A stretch of 64,000 bases of DNA from an uncultured Actinomycetota bacterium (GTDB taxonomy: Bacteria; Actinomycetota; Actinomycetes; JAFAQI01): positions 544,001 through 608,000 of the forward strand of contig CAVYQE010000002.1 in assembly GCA_963770565.1 (NCBI GenBank), given 5' to 3'. Below the pieces are notes generated by a model. It was given only the letters and a program-made list of their open reading frames with translations. It was not told where the DNA came from and searched no databases. Shown piece after piece: positions 57,777 to 64,000 of the stretch (positions within the stretch are counted from its first letter, which is position 1; each line of letters begins with the position of its first letter). The translations under genes and the position numbers were made by a program.

Positions 57777-58310
57777 TCAGCCGTCTGGCGCCGCGCACGG
57801 CCCCGGACCGCGGTCGGCCTTCATCCGGCCGTACCCCGGGTGCACGCCACGAGTGAGGCCCTGATCGTCGGCGATCCGGTGCAACAGGTCGGAGAGCTCC
57901 TGCCGCTCAGCGCCGGTCAGCGTCGCCAACAGATCGCGCTCGGCCTGCCGACCCACCGCCGACAGCTCGTCCAACATCTGCTCACCGGCGTCGCTCAGAT
58001 ACAGCAAGTGGACCCGGCGATCCCGGTCGTCGCGCCGGCGCTGCACCAACCCCCGCGACTCGAGCTCGTCGATGAATCCGACCATCCGGCTCGCCGGTAC
58101 GCCGAACTCGTCGGCGATCGCCTGCTGGCTCCGGCCGGGAGACTCGTCGACCGCCCGCAGTACGCCGACCTGTGGAGGGGTCAGGCCGGTCGGTTGGATC
58201 CGCTGGGCATAGGTGAAGGCAGAATGGGCACCTAGCTGAGAGAGCAGGAACCCGACGCCGATCACCGGCGGCCGGGCGGAGCGTGCCTGAGGGCTGCCAC
58301 GGTCCGCCAT
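57777..58310 (-). CDS. MarR family transcriptional regulator
   Basis: GLTPPQ..VL, IDELESRGLVQR.RD.RDRR...L.LS..G; divergent from the MMPL gene. Confidence 0.93.
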   Translation of the reverse strand: MADRGSPQARSARPPVIGVGFLLSQLGAHSAFTYAQRIQPTGLTPPQVGVLRAVDESPGRSQQAIADEFGVPASRMVGFIDELESRGLVQRRRDDRDRRVHLLYLSDAGEQMLDELSAVGRQAERDLLATLTGAERQELSDLLHRIADDQGLTRGVHPGYGRMKADRGPGPCAAPDG

Positions 58311-58333
58311 GGCAAGATAATACTCTTTGCCAA
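58310..58333. promoter_or_regulatory. Putative MarR operator
   Basis: TGGCAAG-ATAATACTC-TTTGCCA inverted repeat in the AT-rich marR/mmpL spacer. Confidence 0.5.
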
Positions 58334-58413
58334 ATCATTCGTCATGTGAAAGGTTCTCGATTGGAACGAATCTGGCAGTATGAGACGACCGGCGGGAAGG
58401 AAGGGCCGAGGGT

Positions 58414-60576
58414 ATGAGTGCAGGGTCGAACGGCGGGTCGCGGACCATGATCGGTCGCGTCGCAGAGTTCGTGTTGACCCATCGTCGCTGGGTGATGATC
58501 GGCTGGCTGGTGGTGTTCCTCGCCGGCGGCGCCGCCGCTTCGAAGGTCTCCAGCCGGCTGTCGGTCGACTTCTCGCTTCCTGGCCAGCCCGGCTACGAGA
58601 CCGCGAAGCAGCTCACCACGGTCTACGGGCCCAACGCGACGATCGGGTTCACCAGCATCGGCGTGCTGACTCCGCCGGCCGGGCACAACGCTGCCCAGGA
58701 AGGCGCGGCACTGACCCGCGCCGCGAGCGCGATCGAGTCTGCGCTGCCCGGCACTCGGGTCGTTGATTACGCCAACACGCACGACCAGCGCTTCATCGGG
58801 TCCAACCAGCGCACGACGGTGGCCCTGATCTTCAGCCCGCAGCCGGTGTCATTCTCGTCAGACCCGACTCCGGCCCTGAAGCACGCGCTCGCGACCGCAT
58901 TGCCCGGCTGGCAGACCGGGATCACCGGGCTTGAACAGCTCTCAGCCGGCGGCGATACGAACGGGCCGGGCGTGTTGGCCGAGACGCTGATCGGTGGAGC
59001 CGGTGCGCTGATCGTGCTGGCCTTCGTGTTCGCGTCGCTGCTCGCATTCGTGCCACTGCTGATCGCCGCGGTCTCGATCCTGACGACTTTCCTCGTCGTA
59101 CTCGGTTTGACCACGATCACCGAGGTGTCGTTCATCGTCGAGTTCCTCGTGGCCCTGGTTGGCCTCGGGCTGGCGATCGACTACAGCCTGTTGCTCGTCA
59201 CCCGCTGGCGCGAAGAACGCGAGCGCGGCCTGTCCAACCACGACGCGGTGGTGCGCGCAGCCGAGACCGCGGGTCGCACGGTCGCGGTCTCCGGCGTCAC
59301 GGTGGCGATCGGCTTGTTCGCGTTGATCGTGCTGCCGGTGCCAGGACTGCGAAGCGTCGGCATCGGCGGCGTCTTGATCCCGCTGATCTCGACCACGGTC
59401 GTCCTGACCCTGCTGCCGGCCCTGCTGGGCGGCATCGGGCCACGCGCCGACTGGCCACGGATCCGGCACGAAGCGAACGCGAGCCGCGCGTGGACCCGCT
59501 GGGCCAACCTGGTCGTGAAGCAACGCTGGCTCGGTGCCGGCGTGGCGGTCGTCCTCCTCGCCCTGCTGCTGAGTCCGATCTTCGGGCTCAAGGTCGGCGA
59601 GACGAGCGTCTCGGCTCTGGCTCAGAACGGCTCGGCGCACGACGTCTACACCCAGATGACGAGCCAAGGGATCAGTCCCGGGATCCTCACGCCGCTCGAC
59701 GTGTTCACCACGTCACGTGCCGCGCCCGCGGCGCTCAAGGCCACCGGCCGGGCGAGCGGGGTCAGCACCGCCACGCTGCCCGACGGGCCGACCGGCTCGC
59801 GGCGCGGCTATGCCGACATCATCGCGATCCCTGACGTCGTGACCGTCAACAGCAAGACCCTCGCGCCGGTACGCAGCGTGCAGGCGAACGTGAAGGGCAT
59901 CCCCGGCGTGATCGGGGTCGCCGGTGCGGGCCCGGTTCAACAGGACTACATCCACGCGGTCTACGGTCACTTCCCGCTGATGTTCACGTTGATCGCGCTC
60001 GCCACCTTGATCCTGCTGATGCGCGCGTTCCGCTCCTTCGTGCTCGCCGTGAAGGCGGTCATTCTCAACCTGGTGTCGATGGGTGCGACCTTCGGCCTGC
60101 TGACGTTCTTCTGGCAGGAGGGCCACGGCTCGACCGCGCTGTTCGGCGTACCGGCAACCGGCGCGATCACGTTCTGGATCCCGCTGATGGTCTTCGCGTT
60201 CCTGTTCGGCCTCTCGATGGACTACGAGGTCTTCATCCTGAGCCGGATCCGCGAGGAGTACGACGGCGCACCCGCGAACGGCACTCAGGTCGCGGTGGTC
60301 CGAGGTCTCGGCCGGACCGGCCGGCTGGTGACGAGCGCGGCGCTCATCCTGTTCCTGGCGTTCGCGTCGCTTGCCTCGGGCCCGGACACCGACGTCAAGG
60401 TGCTGGCGACCGGCCTCGGGGTCGGCATCCTGCTCGACGCGACCATCGTCCGGGCCATGCTGGTGCCGGCGTTGATGGCCCTGATGGGCCGCTGGAACTG
60501 GTGGCTGCCGGACTCCTTCGCGCGGGTGCTGCGAGTCGCGCCCACATCGAGGCCGGCGGCGACGGTCACCACCTAG
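58414..60576 (+). CDS. MMPL family transporter
   Basis: GLAIDYSLLLVTRWREE, GLSMDYEVFILSRIREE, LLDATIVR..LVPA...GRWNWW. Confidence 0.95.
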   Translation: MSAGSNGGSRTMIGRVAEFVLTHRRWVMIGWLVVFLAGGAAASKVSSRLSVDFSLPGQPGYETAKQLTTVYGPNATIGFTSIGVLTPPAGHNAAQEGAALTRAASAIESALPGTRVVDYANTHDQRFIGSNQRTTVALIFSPQPVSFSSDPTPALKHALATALPGWQTGITGLEQLSAGGDTNGPGVLAETLIGGAGALIVLAFVFASLLAFVPLLIAAVSILTTFLVVLGLTTITEVSFIVEFLVALVGLGLAIDYSLLLVTRWREERERGLSNHDAVVRAAETAGRTVAVSGVTVAIGLFALIVLPVPGLRSVGIGGVLIPLISTTVVLTLLPALLGGIGPRADWPRIRHEANASRAWTRWANLVVKQRWLGAGVAVVLLALLLSPIFGLKVGETSVSALAQNGSAHDVYTQMTSQGISPGILTPLDVFTTSRAAPAALKATGRASGVSTATLPDGPTGSRRGYADIIAIPDVVTVNSKTLAPVRSVQANVKGIPGVIGVAGAGPVQQDYIHAVYGHFPLMFTLIALATLILLMRAFRSFVLAVKAVILNLVSMGATFGLLTFFWQEGHGSTALFGVPATGAITFWIPLMVFAFLFGLSMDYEVFILSRIREEYDGAPANGTQVAVVRGLGRTGRLVTSAALILFLAFASLASGPDTDVKVLATGLGVGILLDATIVRAMLVPALMALMGRWNWWLPDSFARVLRVAPTSRPAATVTT

Positions 60577-61586
60577 CGCAACGCGTAGTGCCGAACGCCG
60601 TCGCGAACCGAGCGGGTTACCCGGCCCTGGGCCAGCAACAGGTCCAGGTGCGCGCCGCTCTCGCACACCGCGAGGAACTGGTTGAACACGTCGAGGTCGG
60701 CGAACGTACGCGCATGCCGGGTCCAGGTGACCGCGGCGGCGACCGCAGCCGCGGTGTCGGCGCCCCAGCCGAGCGCGGCCGCCATCGTCTCGAGCCGCAA
60801 CCGATGATGTTCGACCAGCTCGTCCACCCGGTCGTGCACGCTCGAGGTGACCGGCCCGTGCGCAGGCAGGAGCATCGCATCGGGTCGGGCCCGGACGATC
60901 GCCAATGAAGCCAGGAAAGCTCCGAGCGGGTTCTCGGCCAGCGCGGGCTCGAATCCGATCGACGGGGTGATCGTCGGCAGCACATGATCGCCGGCGAACA
61001 GCAGGGCGCCCGGGGTGTCGAAGAAGACGACGTGCCCTCGGGTGTGCCCGGGCGTCTCGACCACCTCGAGCGACCGGGTGCCCGCGATCACCACCTCGTT
61101 CGGGGTGAACCAGTCGTCGGGTAGCTCCCAGTCGCTCAGGTCGATCCGGCCATGGTGCTGCGCCATCCGGTCGGCGACATCACCCGCACCGAGCTCGCGG
61201 AGATAGGCGATCTGCTCCTGGGCGATCGCCCGGCCAGGGCGCATGGTGGTCTCGAGGGACCAGCGTTCCTCCGCGCCGAGCGTGACACGAGTGCCGAACT
61301 CGCGGCGAAGATGGACCGCCTGGCTGTAGTGATCGCGATGCATGTGCGTGACGAGAAAGCGCCGGACGTCGGCGAAGCCCACACCCAGCTCGCGAAGACC
61401 GGCCTGCAGTTGTTCCTTGCCGTCCGGGATCGCCCACCCGGAGTCGATCAGGATCGGACCATCGCTTCCGGTGATGGCGTACACGTTGACCGCACGCAGG
61501 CCGTCGTTCGGGAGTGGCAACGGGATCCGGTGCACGCCGGGCGCGACCTCGTAGACACCCGGAGTGGTCCAGTCGGTCTTCGTCAC
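60573..61586 (-). CDS. Metallo-beta-lactamase fold hydrolase
   Basis: THMHRDH, TPGHT.GH, GDHVL, PAHG. Confidence 0.93.
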   Translation of the reverse strand: MTKTDWTTPGVYEVAPGVHRIPLPLPNDGLRAVNVYAITGSDGPILIDSGWAIPDGKEQLQAGLRELGVGFADVRRFLVTHMHRDHYSQAVHLRREFGTRVTLGAEERWSLETTMRPGRAIAQEQIAYLRELGAGDVADRMAQHHGRIDLSDWELPDDWFTPNEVVIAGTRSLEVVETPGHTRGHVVFFDTPGALLFAGDHVLPTITPSIGFEPALAENPLGAFLASLAIVRARPDAMLLPAHGPVTSSVHDRVDELVEHHRLRLETMAAALGWGADTAAAVAAAVTWTRHARTFADLDVFNQFLAVCESGAHLDLLLAQGRVTRSVRDGVRHYALR

Positions 61587-61624
61587 TCGACCTGTTTACA
61601 CGCCCGGGTCTGTTTCCCTCGAGA

Positions 61625-62773
61625 TCAGACCGGGGGTGTCACGAACCGGGTGGCCGCAAACCCGTGGGCCTGGGTGCGCGGCAGCACCACCCGATAGCGG
61701 ACCGGCCGCGAAGCCGGCACCGGCACCGCGAACAACGCATCGCCCGACCCGTCAAGCTGCATGGTGGCGACACCGACCCAGCCGGTCCTCCCCCGGCGCT
61801 GCAACATTACGACGTCCCCCTGCTGCCCGCCCTCGGTCGTGATCGACGCGTCGTACGACGAACCCTGCACGGACAGCGTCGCCGACACCGTCGGCATGAC
61901 GACGACGAGGACCGGCGCGCTGCGAACGCCTTGACCGGCGAGCAGCCGCAACCGCACCGAGTGGGTCAGGTCGGCGGCGGTCAGGTCGACCGAGCCGTCG
62001 GAACCGGTGAGACCCATGTCGATCTGGCTCAGGGTGCTCTGTCCGGTCAGCCGTTCCATCAGCCAGATCCGGTGCCCGGCAATCGGCTCGCCGGTCGAGG
62101 TCGCCAGCCGTCCCAAGACGGTGACCGAACCGTCGACCGGCACGCTCGACGCCGACAGCGTGATCGTGATCGATCCCAGCAGCGGGGGCGTGAGGGTCGG
62201 CGTCGGCGTCGGCGTCGGGGTGGGGGTCGGGCTGGTCGACGGCGGCGGCGAGGAGGCCGCACTCGACGGCGAACTGCTCGGCGACGTGCTCGGCTTGCCG
62301 CTGCCGTGCCGCTGGCTGGACGGCTTCGCCTTCGGGGTCGGGGTCGGGGTCGGGGTGGGCGTCGGCGCGACTACCACCGCCGGCGTACTCGGCTGACCGG
62401 CAGCCTGCTGGCCGCCCGGGGTCGGCGACGAGCCGTGATGTCCCTTGGCGGTGTGCTTGTGATGGGCTGGGCTGGGCGCGGGGATGCCGGCCCAGCCACC
62501 GACGTCGTTGAACACCCGCTGCACCGTCGACGGCAGCGCGGCGGTGTACGCCGCGGCCACCCCGCCGGAGAACGCGATCGCGATCGCCAGGGCCGAGCCG
62601 CCGACGCCGAGGCGCCCGGCGAACCGGCGCCGGGACCGGGTCGGGACCGCCGCGCGGAACGCGGCCAACGCTCCCGCCTCGCCGGCCAGCTCGTCGGCGG
62701 TCGCGGGCGCGGTCAGTGCCTGAACGACCGGGTCGTCCCGCCAGGCGGTCAGGTCATCCTTGCGACGACGCAC
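61625..62773 (-). CDS. Putative anti-sigma factor with TM helix, Pro/Thr linker and Ig-like C-terminal domains
   Basis: ALTAPATADELAGE..ALAAFR N-terminus, TM, (TP)n linker, beta-rich C-terminus; starts right after the sigma stop. Confidence 0.72.
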   Translation of the reverse strand: MRRRKDDLTAWRDDPVVQALTAPATADELAGEAGALAAFRAAVPTRSRRRFAGRLGVGGSALAIAIAFSGGVAAAYTAALPSTVQRVFNDVGGWAGIPAPSPAHHKHTAKGHHGSSPTPGGQQAAGQPSTPAVVVAPTPTPTPTPTPKAKPSSQRHGSGKPSTSPSSSPSSAASSPPPSTSPTPTPTPTPTPTLTPPLLGSITITLSASSVPVDGSVTVLGRLATSTGEPIAGHRIWLMERLTGQSTLSQIDMGLTGSDGSVDLTAADLTHSVRLRLLAGQGVRSAPVLVVVMPTVSATLSVQGSSYDASITTEGGQQGDVVMLQRRGRTGWVGVATMQLDGSGDALFAVPVPASRPVRYRVVLPRTQAHGFAATRFVTPPV

Positions 62774-63322
62774 TCAGACCACCTCCGCCGGTTGGACGCG
62801 CGGATCACGGGACAACGCCCGCAGCCCTCGGTGGACACTGACCCGGACCGCACCTGGTGACTTCCCCACAATGCCTGCGACGGTTGCAACGTCCAAGCCG
62901 GCGATGACCCGGAGTGCGACCAGCTCGGCCTGCTCCGACGGCAGCGAGTTGACCAGGGCGAGCGCCTGCTCGGTGGAGATCCGGTCCATCGCGACCGACT
63001 CGGCCGAGGCGACCAGCTGCGGCTTGCCCGCGTTGCCGACGTCTGCGATCGGGACGACCGGGCGGGCCGCCTTCGACCTGGCGGCATCGATCGCCCGGTT
63101 GCGGGCAACGGTGAACAGCCAAGCCCGGAAGCCGTCGGCGGTGCCGATGAAGCTCGGCAGGTCGCGCACGATCTGGAGCCAGGTCTCGGCTGCGACGTCC
63201 TCACAGCCGTCGCCGTTGTGCACCCGCAGATAGCGCAGCAGGCGCGGCTGCAAGGTTCGCCACAACTCCAAGAAGCCCGACTCGTCGCCGGCCCGGGCCC
63301 GCGCAAGGGCGTCGTCCAGCAC
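62774..63322 (-). CDS. ECF RNA polymerase sigma factor (start uncertain)
   Basis: ARAGDESGF, EDVAAETW, FRAWLFTVARNRAID, LPSEQAE.V.LR, GKSPGAVRV.VHRGL. Confidence 0.92.
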   Translation of the reverse strand: MLDDALARARAGDESGFLELWRTLQPRLLRYLRVHNGDGCEDVAAETWLQIVRDLPSFIGTADGFRAWLFTVARNRAIDAARSKAARPVVPIADVGNAGKPQLVASAESVAMDRISTEQALALVNSLPSEQAELVALRVIAGLDVATVAGIVGKSPGAVRVSVHRGLRALSRDPRVQPAEVV

Positions 63323-63435
63323 CCCGTCGACCTGGCTCGGAGAAGAGCCAGGTCGACGGGTGCGCGACGTGAGGTCCGATTCGATCCGAACCGTCCCCTT
63401 CCCATGACCTCGTCGAGCCGGACCATTTGCCTCTC

Positions 63436-64000
63436 TTAGGAAACGGTGACAGTAACGATGCCGCTCTGGCAACCGTCGTAGATCGGACCACCCGCAAAGA
63501 CCAACTGATAGTCCTCGGACACGCTCGGCGCGGGCTCGTCGAAGGCGACCGCGCCGTTCTTGTCAGCGCGCTGAGTTGCCACCGCGGTCCAGGTCGTCGT
63601 ACCGCTCGGCCGTTCCTGCAGGGTGACCTTGCGGTGCGCGAGGCCTTGCCCGCCGCCGCGCAGGTCACCGGTGATGAGCTCGTCTCCGGTCTTGCGAACG
63701 ACTCTGGCCCGGATCGACAGTGAACTCGGCAGCAGCACGTGCACGGTCGCGATCGCGCTGCGGGCGCCGTTGTCGGTCTCGGTCTTCTTGAACACCAGGC
63801 TGTAGTGCGTGGTGACCGCGGGAGTCACGATAAAGCCGACGCTGCCGTCCGCTGCCGTGATGCCGGTGCCGAGCTTCATCCAGCCGTGGTTGCCGTGCCG
63901 GCCGAGCAGTCCAACGGTCTGACCCGCGAGCGGCGAGCCATTGAGGCTCAGCACCCCGGAGACCGTGTCCGAGTCACCCGGCTGGATCGAGCCGGCGCTC
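63436..64000 (-). CDS. Secreted/surface protein with Ig-like repeats (5' end outside the window)
   Basis: Frame is open to the window edge; repeated G.L...G..LA...V.L.....W......ADG.V.F.......Y.LVF. Confidence 0.75.
   Translation of the reverse strand, partial: SAGSIQPGDSDTVSGVLSLNGSPLAGQTVGLLGRHGNHGWMKLGTGITAADGSVGFIVTPAVTTHYSLVFKKTETDNGARSAIATVHVLLPSSLSIRARVVRKTGDELITGDLRGGGQGLAHRKVTLQERPSGTTTWTAVATQRADKNGAVAFDEPAPSVSEDYQLVFAGGPIYDGCQSGIVTVTVS

Overview
This is a 64-kb high-GC actinomycete chromosomal segment. The backbone is conserved: ispF-carD, gpmA-mshA, an HBHA-like gene with its XRE regulator, asparaginase-rsiG, ygfZ, nitrobindin, sseC-sulfurtransferase, LmeA-like-moaD-glnR-mshD. Accessory blocks interrupt it: (i) a complete IS1182-family element inserted at the ygfZ stop codon; (ii) a ~13.7-kb surface-structure island at 26.1-39.8 kb with two paralogous secreted collagen-like genes (one multiply frameshifted), two GT2/methyltransferase fusion paralogues, a TPR lipoprotein, rmlCABD, a priming glycosyltransferase and an NlpC/P60 hydrolase; (iii) a sulfate-activation cluster; (iv) two divergent gmd paralogues; (v) two ECF sigma/anti-sigma pairs. 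The main hypothesis is a WhiG/FliA (sigma-28) regulon controlled by c-di-GMP through RsiG. Sigma-28-like T(C/G/A)A(A/G/T)-N16/17-GCCGA motifs lie upstream of five genes, three of them in the collagen-glycan island, which would make the island a developmentally controlled, BclA-like glycosylated collagen coat. Also present: an unannotated structured sRNA/12-codon sORF, a Cys-rich leader peptide and several REP/VNTR-like repeats. No rRNA, tRNA or CRISPR array was seen. All family calls come from motif recognition by eye; no database searches were run.
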